From positions 1 to 53,295 of the forward strand of contig JAFSVB010000183.1 in NCBI GenBank assembly GCA_017450325.1: a DNA stretch of 53,295 bases, read 5' to 3'. How positions within the stretch are numbered: the first letter of the stretch is position 1; the number at the start of each line of letters is the position of its first letter. Origin of the DNA: Bacilli bacterium. GTDB lineage: Bacteria > Bacillota_I > Bacilli_A > RFN20 > CAG-826. This document shows positions 38,013 to 46,070 of the stretch, piece by piece. A model generated the notes under the pieces. That model made no database searches, was not told where the DNA came from, and saw nothing but the letters and a program-made list of their open reading frames with translations. The position numbers were made by a program, and so were the translations under genes.

Positions 38013-38797
38013 ACGAACGCATAAAACCCTTCCTTTTTGAGTCCTATGAAAAGGCGAAGATAATCCTCTTGGGACTATCCTCGGAAGCGGTGTGCCATAA
38101 AAGCGCGAACGACCTCCTCACCAAGGCCGATTTGGCGTTAAACGACTTCTTCATCCACGCGATTCAGGAAGCCTTCCCCGAGGCTTGCATCATCGCCGAG
38201 GAGAGCGAAAACGGCACCTTGACCGATGCTTTGACGTTCATCGTCGACCCGCTTGATGGGACGTGCAATTTCTCGCGTGGCGTGAAGATGCATGGCATCC
38301 AAATCGCGGTGATGGAGCAAAAAGAATGCGTGGCCTCGTTGATCGGGCTCCCGCATTTTGATTTGGTCTATTACGCGGAAAAAGGAAAAGGCGCTTACCG
38401 CAATGGCGAGCGGATTTTCCTTGATAAAAACATCGCGCACGAAGATGGCATCCTTTCGTTAAGCGACTTCTATCACGATGAGAAAGATATCGCCTTTGAG
38501 GATCAATATCGCCTTGTTTCTTCCTTGCAGGACGACTTCCTAAAGACCCGCTTATACGGAGCTTCTTGCTATGACTTCGCCGCATTATCCGAGAGCCAAT
38601 CGCAGGCATATATTTGCTATTACCGTTGCATCTGGGACATCGCCCCGGGCTTATTGCTCGCTTTAGAAGCGGGGGCGGTGGCGAAGCGTCTAAATGGCGA
38701 GCCATATCAATATGGCGATCAATCCATCGTTGTCGCGAACTGCGCGGACACATTGGAGCATATCCTGAAAAAGGCCAAACCTTTCCTGAGGAAATAA
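38009..38797 (+). CDS. Inositol monophosphatase / CysQ / FBPase-superfamily phosphatase, translationally coupled to the TIR-NACHT gene
   Basis: ATG 38009 overlaps the upstream TGA (ATGA); an in-frame ATG also exists at 37994. Motifs: IIAEESENG, FIVDPLDGTCNF, and CIWDIAPGLLLALEAGA (WDxAxGxxxxxEAGx). Confidence 0.85.
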   Translation: MNERIKPFLFESYEKAKIILLGLSSEAVCHKSANDLLTKADLALNDFFIHAIQEAFPEACIIAEESENGTLTDALTFIVDPLDGTCNFSRGVKMHGIQIAVMEQKECVASLIGLPHFDLVYYAEKGKGAYRNGERIFLDKNIAHEDGILSLSDFYHDEKDIAFEDQYRLVSSLQDDFLKTRLYGASCYDFAALSESQSQAYICYYRCIWDIAPGLLLALEAGAVAKRLNGEPYQYGDQSIVVANCADTLEHILKKAKPFLRK

Positions 38798-38839
38798 AGT
38801 AGACAATATAAAATTGATGGCCGTTTTGCGGTGGAATTT

Positions 38840-39306
38840 TTAGATTGGGCAAGAAGGGATAGGAAACTCCCTTCTCTCATAATGCGTCAGGTCATCCAGA
38901 AGGAACGGCAGGGCGAAATGAGGCAAGGAACGATAGAAGGAACCAATACCAAAATTGTTCGCCATGATCTTATAGCATGTGTAGTGGTGGTAGGGCGTCG
39001 TATTCTCGACGAGGCTTTTGATAGAACCGTTCGTGGACTTTGCCTCAAGTAGAGTAATGCCGTCCTTGGACTCGAGGACAAAGTCGATTTTTTATGCTTT
39101 AGGCTATTCGCGTAATAGTACACGCCATGGTTTTGGGGTTGGAGCGCGGAATGGCCATATTTAAATTCAAAAGACAAAAATGGTATTTTTTGAAAAGCCT
39201 GCCATCGTATCCTTTGGGGAAATGGTTTAAAGAACATAGAGGCAATATCCTCTATGGAACATGTTATGGGAAAAAGAAACGCAAAGGTCGCGCGAGATTT
39301 ATGCAA
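38840..39306 (-). pseudogene. Truncated, frameshifted remnant of a DUF4143/COG1373-type AAA ATPase gene (C-terminal third only)
   Basis: Reverse-strand translation gives ...SIEDIASMFFKPFPQR...NHGVYYYANSLKHKK. After a -1/+1 shift at an A6 run (about 39087-39092) it continues KIDFVLESKDGITLLEAKSTNGSIKSLVENT...LPHFALPFLLDDL, with the stop at 38842-38840. The YYY..(E)IDFVLE...EAKS block is typical of the restriction-endonuclease-like C-terminus of DUF4143 ATPases. There is no P-loop part and no intact start. Confidence 0.45.
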
Positions 39307-39514
39307 AGTGATTTTGGTATGAATTTTGCTTCATATTTCCAAAAATAATAGGGTTTTGCAGTATATATTTCGTTATTTAAAACGAAGGAGAAGAAGCGCT
39401 GAAAAGTTAACTATAGATAACATTCTTATAGCCATCAAAAAATGCTAGCGCACACATATGCGCGTTTATAAAATAGTCGCGTAACGCCACGAAAAGTGGC
39501 ACGGAGGTTTACGC

Positions 39515-39997
39515 ATGGCAATCAAGCCTGAAGTTGTGCAGGGTGTCAAAGACATTTGCGATTCGTACGCGAATGAGCCCTCGCCGCTGATGATGATCCT
39601 CTCCGCCGTCCAGAAGAAGTATGGCTACATTCCTCTGGAGGTGCAGCAGATCATCTCTGAAAAGACGGGCATCCCCGTCGCCGAGATCTATGGAGTAGTC
39701 ACCTTCTATTCCTTCTTCTCACTCAAACCCAAGGGTAAATATGTCTTGGGCATCTGCCTTGGTACCGCTTGCTACGTCAAGGGTTCCCAACAGGTCGTCG
39801 ATAAGTTCTCTTCTTTGCTCGGCATCCAGCCGGGCGAAACGACCAAAGACGGATTATTCACGATTGAAGCCATCCGCTGCATCGGCGCTTGCGCTCTTGC
39901 GCCGGCGATGTCGGTCAATGGCAAGGTCTTCCCGAAGGTCACCCCGGACCAGGTTGGCAAGATCATCGATGAATATCGCGCTCTGGAGGCTGCTTAA
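39515..39997 (+). CDS. NuoE-like [2Fe-2S] subunit of NAD(P)H-dependent/bifurcating [FeFe]-hydrogenase (HydC/HndA type)
   Basis: Thioredoxin-like ferredoxin motifs CLGTACYVKG and CIGACALAPAMSVNG. 160 aa. Confidence 0.9.
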   Translation: MAIKPEVVQGVKDICDSYANEPSPLMMILSAVQKKYGYIPLEVQQIISEKTGIPVAEIYGVVTFYSFFSLKPKGKYVLGICLGTACYVKGSQQVVDKFSSLLGIQPGETTKDGLFTIEAIRCIGACALAPAMSVNGKVFPKVTPDQVGKIIDEYRALEAA

Positions 39998-39999
39998 TC

Positions 40000-41913
40000 A
40001 TGGAAAGAATCACTTCTCCCTCGTGCTTAGAAAAGCACATCGGCGAATGTAGCGAAGCCCTCAAGGCCAAGCTCGAAGGCCAAGGCGGTAAGCGCGCGGT
40101 CGTCGTCTGCGGCGGCACGGGCTGCATCGCCAACAATTCCGTCGATATCGAAGAAGAACTCCGCAAGGAAATCAAGGCGCACGGACTTGAGGATCAGATT
40201 TCGCTCAACCACGTCGGTTGCTTCGGCTTCTGCTCCCAGGGTCCCTTCGTCAAGATCTTCCCGGAGGACACGCTCTACCGCGCCGTCAAGGTCTCCGACG
40301 TCAAAGCCATCGTCGAGAAGGACCTCATTGGCCATGAGATTTGCGAGAATCTCCTCTACGTCGACCCGACCACCAAAGAAAAGGTTCAGCGTCAGGACGA
40401 CATCAATTTCTACAAGAAACAAATCCGTATTGCCCTTCACGGCTGCTCCCTCATCAATCCGGACCTCCTCGAGGAAGCCCTTGGTTATGATGGATTCAAA
40501 GGCCTGAAGCGCGCGCTCACCACCATGACCCCGCAGGAAGTCATCGACGAAGTCCTTGCTTCTGGCATCCGTGGCCGTGGCGGCGGTGGATTCCCCACCG
40601 GCCGTAAGTGGCAGTTCGCCGCCAACATCAAGGCGGATCAGAAGTACGTGGTCTGCAACGGCGACGAGGGCGACCCCGGCGCGTTCATGGACCGTTCCAT
40701 CCTCGAAGGCAACCCCTTTGAGGTCATCGAAGGCATGATGATCGCCGGCTATGCGTTCGGCGCTTCCGAAGGCTACTTCTACGTCCGTGCCGAATACCCG
40801 ATTGCCGTCTCGCGTCTGCAGCGCGCCATCGAGGATATGGAAAAGGTCGGCCTGCTTGGCGACAACATCCTCGGTACCGATTTCTCCTTCCGTGCCCACA
40901 TCCGTTTGGGCGCCGGCGCGTTCGTCTGCGGCGAAGAAACCGCTCTTCTGAACTCCATCGAGGGCCAGCGCGGCATGCCTCGCCCCCGTCCGCCTTTCCC
41001 CGCCATCAAAGGTCTTTGGGGAAAGCCGACCTGCGTCAATAACGTCGAGACCTTGGCTCAGATCCCCTTCATCCTCCGCGAAGGGGCGGCTAAGTTCGCG
41101 TCCATTGGCACCGAAGGCTCCAAAGGCACCAAAGTCTTCGCCCTCGGCGGCAAAGTCAACAACGTCGGCCTCGTCGAGGTCCCGATGGGCACCACGCTCC
41201 GCGAGCTCATCTATGACATCGGCGGCGGCATCCCCGGCAACAAGAAATTCAAAGCCATTCAGACCGGCGGTCCTTCCGGCGGCTGCTTGACCGAGAAAGA
41301 CCTCGATACCCCGATCGACTACGACACCCTCGTGGCCCGTGGCTCGATGATGGGTTCTGGCGGCGCCATCGTCATGGACGAAGATAACTGCGCCGTCGAC
41401 GTCGCCCACTTCTACATGTCCTTCATCTGCGACGAATCCTGCGGTAAGTGCTCGCCCTGCCGTATCGGCACGAAGCGCCTCTATGAGATGCTCACCGACG
41501 TCACACAAGGCAAAGGCACCGAGAAGACCCTTGAGGATATGCGCGACCTCGCGACCGTCATCAAGAACGGCTCCCTCTGCGCCCTCGGCCAGACCGCGGC
41601 CAACCCGATTCTCTCGACGATGAACAACTTCCCCGAGGAATATCGCGCCCACGTCGTGGACAAGAAGTGCCCCGCCCACGTCTGCAAGAAGCTCATGGCC
41701 TACGTCATCGACAAGACGAAGTGCGTCGGCTGCACCCTTTGCTCCCGCAACTGCCCCGTCTCTTGCATCCACGTCACCGATGTCCCCGCCAAACCGATGG
41801 TTCCTGGCAAGGTCATCCCTGGCAAGTTCGCCCACGAAATCGACCAGAGCAAGTGCATTAAGTGCGGCTCTTGTATGTCCGGCTGCCGCTTTGGCGCCAT
41901 CGAGAAGAAATAA
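40000..41913 (+). CDS. NuoF-like flavoprotein subunit (HydB/HndC type) with N-terminal [2Fe-2S] and C-terminal 2x[4Fe-4S] domains
   Basis: VVVCGGTGC...CFGFCSQGP. GRGGGGFPTGRKW (FMN). CNGDEGDPGAF (NADH). ESCGKCSPCRIG (N3 cluster). CVGCTLCSRNCP and CIKCGSCMSGC. Confidence 0.92.
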   Translation: MERITSPSCLEKHIGECSEALKAKLEGQGGKRAVVVCGGTGCIANNSVDIEEELRKEIKAHGLEDQISLNHVGCFGFCSQGPFVKIFPEDTLYRAVKVSDVKAIVEKDLIGHEICENLLYVDPTTKEKVQRQDDINFYKKQIRIALHGCSLINPDLLEEALGYDGFKGLKRALTTMTPQEVIDEVLASGIRGRGGGGFPTGRKWQFAANIKADQKYVVCNGDEGDPGAFMDRSILEGNPFEVIEGMMIAGYAFGASEGYFYVRAEYPIAVSRLQRAIEDMEKVGLLGDNILGTDFSFRAHIRLGAGAFVCGEETALLNSIEGQRGMPRPRPPFPAIKGLWGKPTCVNNVETLAQIPFILREGAAKFASIGTEGSKGTKVFALGGKVNNVGLVEVPMGTTLRELIYDIGGGIPGNKKFKAIQTGGPSGGCLTEKDLDTPIDYDTLVARGSMMGSGGAIVMDEDNCAVDVAHFYMSFICDESCGKCSPCRIGTKRLYEMLTDVTQGKGTEKTLEDMRDLATVIKNGSLCALGQTAANPILSTMNNFPEEYRAHVVDKKCPAHVCKKLMAYVIDKTKCVGCTLCSRNCPVSCIHVTDVPAKPMVPGKVIPGKFAHEIDQSKCIKCGSCMSGCRFGAIEKK

Positions 41914-41927
41914 GGAGGGGATGAATC

Positions 41928-43739
41928 ATGGAAAACGTCGAAATGATCAATATCAAAATCGAAGGCAAAATCTATAGTGTCCCGAAGAACATGACCGTCC
42001 TCGAGGCGGCCCGCCTTTGCGGATACAACATCCCCACCCTCTGCTACTGGAACCATGGTCATAACTCCTTGGCTTCCTGCCGCGTCTGCTTGGTCGAAAT
42101 CGCGACCGCTCGCGGTGGCAAACTCTTCGCGTCCTGCGTCTATCCCGTCGCGGACATCCCCGCCGAGAAGGGCTTCGAAATCAAAATCTCGAGCCCCATG
42201 GCCGTCAAAGCGCGCCGCGCCTCGGTGGAACTCCTTCTTTCCAACCACTCCAAAGATTGCCAGACCTGCGTGAAGAACGGCCATTGCGAACTCCTTCACG
42301 TGGCCGGCGTCACCGGTGCCCGCGACAACGTCTTCGAAGGCGAAAAGACCGCGACCACCTATGACGAATGCGCCCCTGGCATCATCCGCGATACCTCCAA
42401 GTGCATCCTCTGCGGCCGCTGCATCGAGCGCTGCAAAGAAGCCCAGGGCATCGGCATCCTCGGCTTTGAGAAGCGTGGCTTCAACACCATCGTTGGCCCC
42501 GCTCAGAACGCTTCCTTCGCGAAGGTTCCTTGCCTCCAGTGCGGCCAGTGCATCAACGTCTGCCCGACCGGTGCGCTCTCCGAACACCGCGAAATCGACC
42601 TCGTCGACAAGGCGATGGCCGAAGGCAAATACGTCGTCGTCCAGACCGCTCCGGCCGTCCGCGCCGCCATCGCCGAGGAATTCGGCCATAAGATCGGCGA
42701 GCAAAACGGCACCGGCAGGATGGTCGCTGCGCTTCACCGCCTTGGCTTCTACCGCGTCTACGATACCAACTTCGGCGCGGACCTCACCATCATGGAAGAG
42801 GCGACCGAGTTGCTCCACCGTATCCAAGGCAAGGGCGTCCTCCCGCAGATCACCTCGTGCTCCCCGGGCTGGATCAACTACATGGAATTCTTCTATAGCG
42901 ACCTGATTCCGAACGTCTCCACCTGCAAGTCCCCGCACGAAATGGAAGGCGCGATCATCAAGTCCTATATGGCCGAAAAGCACGGCCTTAAGCCGGAAGA
43001 CATCTTTGTCGTCTCGGTCATGCCCTGCACCGCGAAGAAGTATGAAGCCGACCGTAAGCAGAACGCGGCGGTCAAGGGTCTCCCCGATGTGGACGCTGTC
43101 CTTACCACCCGCGAACTCGCGGTCATGATCAAGCGTGCCGGTATCCTTTGGGATCAGCTTCCTGAAGAGGAATTCGACCAAGATCTCCTCGGGCAATACT
43201 CCGGCGCTGGCGCCATCTTCGGCGTCACCGGCGGCGTCATGGAAGCGGCCCTTCGTACCGCGTACCATGCCCTCACCGGCGAAGAATACGGCCCCATCGA
43301 GTTCCACGAAGTCCGTGGCCTCGAGGCCGTCAAGGAAGCCACGATCGACATCAAAGGCACCGTCGTGAAAGTCGCGGTCACCTCGGGCATGAAGAACGCG
43401 AAGAAACTCCTCGATGACATCCGCGCGGGCAAGTCCGATTACACCTTCATCGAGATCATGTGCTGCCCCGGCGGCTGCATCAACGGCGGCGGACAACCCT
43501 TCGTCAAGCCGTCCATGCAGACCAACGAAGACCCCGACATCCTCGATACCTATCGTCAGAAGAGAGCCGCCGTTCTCTATAACATCGATAAGGAATTGCC
43601 GCTTCGTCAGTCCCATAACAACCCGGACATCATCAAGCTCTATGAGGACTTCCTCGGCGAGCCGTGCTCCGAGAAGTCGGAAGAACTCCTCCACACCACC
43701 TATGTGGCGGATCGTCCTTGCTACATCGACGAAGAATAA
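41928..43739 (+). CDS. hydA: [FeFe]-hydrogenase catalytic subunit HydA (M3-type with N-terminal 2Fe-2S and FeS domains)
   Basis: N-terminal IKIEGKIYSVPKNMTVLEAARLCGYNIPTLCY. CILCGRCIERC and CLQCGQCINVCP. H-cluster motifs TSCSPGW (variant of TSCCPxW), VMPCTAKKYE, and EIMCCPGGCINGGGQP. Confidence 0.92.
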   Translation: MENVEMINIKIEGKIYSVPKNMTVLEAARLCGYNIPTLCYWNHGHNSLASCRVCLVEIATARGGKLFASCVYPVADIPAEKGFEIKISSPMAVKARRASVELLLSNHSKDCQTCVKNGHCELLHVAGVTGARDNVFEGEKTATTYDECAPGIIRDTSKCILCGRCIERCKEAQGIGILGFEKRGFNTIVGPAQNASFAKVPCLQCGQCINVCPTGALSEHREIDLVDKAMAEGKYVVVQTAPAVRAAIAEEFGHKIGEQNGTGRMVAALHRLGFYRVYDTNFGADLTIMEEATELLHRIQGKGVLPQITSCSPGWINYMEFFYSDLIPNVSTCKSPHEMEGAIIKSYMAEKHGLKPEDIFVVSVMPCTAKKYEADRKQNAAVKGLPDVDAVLTTRELAVMIKRAGILWDQLPEEEFDQDLLGQYSGAGAIFGVTGGVMEAALRTAYHALTGEEYGPIEFHEVRGLEAVKEATIDIKGTVVKVAVTSGMKNAKKLLDDIRAGKSDYTFIEIMCCPGGCINGGGQPFVKPSMQTNEDPDILDTYRQKRAAVLYNIDKELPLRQSHNNPDIIKLYEDFLGEPCSEKSEELLHTTYVADRPCYIDEE

Positions 43740-43820
43740 GCCTAATATAGCCTAGACATGGGGCTGTAATAAAAACACCGAGTTAACTTTCGGCGGAACT
43801 ATGACCGTTCCGAATTAAGA

Positions 43821-43865
43821 AAAGCGCCGCTATATCATTTCTCATGGCGGCGCTTTATCTTTTTG
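43821..43865. terminator. Bidirectional rho-independent terminator between hydA and the convergent lipoprotein operon
   Basis: Perfect 10-bp stem AAAGCGCCGC (43821-43830) / GCGGCGCTTT (43847-43856) with T-runs on both strands. Confidence 0.8.
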
Positions 43866-43876
43866 CTTTGACCGTT

Positions 43877-45055
43877 TTAAAGAAGGATTGACCTTACTTT
43901 CTCCAACGTGGATTCTTCGATTTCGCAAGAGAGAAGGCAATTCTTGGCTTTTTCGGATAAAGTAGTTCCGGAAAAGGAATTGACGACGCCGGAAGCGCCG
44001 CTTGCCTTGGTGAGGTCCGTGAGATCTTTGTAAGTCGGGTCGCTGTCATAGGCGTTTGGGACGGCGATCAAACCGAAGTTAGAGAACATATAGTCATAAA
44101 AGAGGTCGATCTCATTCACGCCGAGGAATGCGTTGAGCAAATAAGCGATCATCCCCGTTCGGTCGGTTCCGATATTGCAATGGAAGTAGATGGGATAGTT
44201 CTCTTCGATGGCGAAGAGGTCGAACACCTGCTTTATTTGCTCTTTGCAGGCATTGATGTTGGCGGAGCCTCCGGTGGGGATGGGAATATAGTTCACCCCA
44301 TCGACCGCCGAGAAAAGTTCTTCTTCCGGAGGAAGGCCTGGATAGCCATTTCTTTGTAAGAGGCGCAGGTCGATCTCGGTTTTGATGCCAAGATCCTCCT
44401 GAAATACCTTTTCGCCTTCCTTGGTGATTTCCTTTTCAAAGGAATAGCCGAGATCTCCCCCATCTTTCGTCCAGCCTTCGGGATAGGAATTGTTCAATCT
44501 GGCCCCCCGATAGAGCAGACCTTGGCGGATTCTTTTGCCTCCGCCGACTTCCCAACCCCCGATATCGCGGACGTTGGTCACGCCATCGACGTCGAGATTC
44601 CTTGGGCCTACGCCAATCGTGGAGAAAGAAGAAACCGCGCTCTCCATTCCTCCTTGGCGCACCTTCCAATAATAAGTGGTCGCTAGTTTAAGGTTCGACA
44701 CTTCGACGTTTTCGCTTTCCGTTTGCAATCTTTTCGCCTTTTCAAAGGAGGGGTCTTCGCTTAAGAGGACTTCGAAGGAGCCCTCCTCTTGCGTGCTTTC
44801 CCAAGAAAGATTGAGGGGAACGGGCTTTGAGTTTTCGTGCTTCCCATCGGCGATCGAATGGTCGATTTCCTCGGGGATACCGCCATCAAGGTAATCTTTT
44901 TGGACCGGAGAATGGAAATCGACGATGCCGCTCACTTCATTCAAAACGATGGCATCATTGGCGGAAGGTTGGCTCGCCGATGAGGAAGAAGGGGCTTTCG
45001 CGCAGCTAGCGAATAGAAGCGGAATCAAAAAGATAAGGCAGCGTTTCGTTTTCAT
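43877..45055 (-). CDS. Lipoprotein: secreted PTP-like (Y_phosphatase3, CX5R) phosphatase with an N-terminal beta-rich domain
   Basis: Signal peptide and lipobox MKTKRCLIFLIPLLFASC. NVRDIGGWEVGGGKRIRQGLLYRGARLN, and active-site HCNIGTDRTG. Confidence 0.75.
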   Translation of the reverse strand: MKTKRCLIFLIPLLFASCAKAPSSSSASQPSANDAIVLNEVSGIVDFHSPVQKDYLDGGIPEEIDHSIADGKHENSKPVPLNLSWESTQEEGSFEVLLSEDPSFEKAKRLQTESENVEVSNLKLATTYYWKVRQGGMESAVSSFSTIGVGPRNLDVDGVTNVRDIGGWEVGGGKRIRQGLLYRGARLNNSYPEGWTKDGGDLGYSFEKEITKEGEKVFQEDLGIKTEIDLRLLQRNGYPGLPPEEELFSAVDGVNYIPIPTGGSANINACKEQIKQVFDLFAIEENYPIYFHCNIGTDRTGMIAYLLNAFLGVNEIDLFYDYMFSNFGLIAVPNAYDSDPTYKDLTDLTKASGASGVVNSFSGTTLSEKAKNCLLSCEIEESTLEKVRSILL

Positions 45056-45056
45056 A

Positions 45057-46070
45057 TCAAAAACTCCTTTCCTTCAAAAATGAGGTGGCTGTTTGCATCC
45101 ACGCTTTCGCTTCCGCAAGCCCTTCGTTCACCCCAAAGCCATGTAAGGGCGCATCATCGCTTGCATCGTCGGCGAAGCGGTCGTAACGGTGGTCGATGTC
45201 GAAAAAGGTAAGTTCCGCATCAAGCCTTTCGCTTCCTTGGATGGAAACGGTCGGGTCTTTCTCTTCATGGAAAAGGTAAGTCGAAGGAAAATCTTCGTCC
45301 ACGTGGAGTTCTGCCGAAAAGGTCTCGTAAAGAGAAGGATCGTTTCCGGTGAACGTCTTTCTTGTCGAAGCATGGGTCCGCCCATCCAGGAAAGAAACGA
45401 CCGGATAGCCAAGGATCAAAGAATCGATTTCGATCGGCAATTGGTCAATGTCGTCTTTTTGATAAGAGGCATCATCAATGTCGAAGCTCTTTTGCTCATG
45501 CGCCATCAAAGCTAGATGCCCGCCCGCGGAAAAACCTTGGACCGCCAAATGGTCGAAGCGGTATTCCTCCGCCAAAGAAGAAACGACCCTCACCGCTCGG
45601 AGCACATCGGAAAGCAAGCCATGGTAATCGAGGCTTTGGTCGATGACGGTCGTCCGATAATTGAGGATGAATACCGAGATTCCCGTCTTATTGTAGTAAG
45701 GAGCGATCGCCGCGGCTTCTTTGGGGTCTCCATCGTTATTGCTGCCGCCGAAGCGACTTCCTTCTTCGGGGGTCGAATTGGATAAATGGGTATATCCGCC
45801 TCCGGGAAGGACGATCACCGCGCCTCCAGTAGGATCGCTGGCCAAATAAGGCGTCAAGAAAGCGTATTTCTCCCCATTTCCGCCGTCATAAGGGACGTTC
45901 CCGGCTTGATAAAGGGGAATCCTTTCGTGGTCATCGCTTGGCAAAGGAGGCAAGGGGGACAATGAGGTGCTTCCGGCTTCTTCGCTTTCGCTTTGGGAGA
46001 TGGACTCCGCTTTGCCGCAGGAAGCCAAAAGAAGCAGCGGCAGCAGCCAATATTTACGCATAAGGGGCAT
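45057..46070 (-). CDS. Lipoprotein: alpha/beta-hydrolase esterase
   Basis: Lipobox LLLLASC. Oxyanion-type VIVLPGGGY and nucleophile elbow GFSAGGHLA. Confidence 0.8.
   Translation of the reverse strand: MPLMRKYWLLPLLLLASCGKAESISQSESEEAGSTSLSPLPPLPSDDHERIPLYQAGNVPYDGGNGEKYAFLTPYLASDPTGGAVIVLPGGGYTHLSNSTPEEGSRFGGSNNDGDPKEAAAIAPYYNKTGISVFILNYRTTVIDQSLDYHGLLSDVLRAVRVVSSLAEEYRFDHLAVQGFSAGGHLALMAHEQKSFDIDDASYQKDDIDQLPIEIDSLILGYPVVSFLDGRTHASTRKTFTGNDPSLYETFSAELHVDEDFPSTYLFHEEKDPTVSIQGSERLDAELTFFDIDHRYDRFADDASDDAPLHGFGVNEGLAEAKAWMQTATSFLKERSF

Noticed and set aside
38238-38852. 204-aa minus-strand ORF antisense to the IMPase-family gene.
   Set aside because: The translation is Arg/Pro/Ser-rich, and the plus-strand frame has all the IMPase motifs. 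It is a shadow ORF.
38831-39348. Short plus-strand ORFs 38831..39052 and 39127..39348 in the AT-rich gap.
   Set aside because: They have no RBS and no motifs. The first is antisense to the better-supported DUF4143 remnant. They are probably chance ORFs in decaying DNA.
40027-43694. Two very long minus-strand ORFs (40027..41835, 602 aa; 41700..43694, 664 aa) antisense to hydB and hydA.
   Set aside because: They are exactly antisense to genes with unmistakable NuoF and HydA motifs. Their translations are D/G/A/E/R/V-rich with no recognisable motif, RBS or sensible start. This is typical of shadow ORFs opposite GC3-rich coding sequence.
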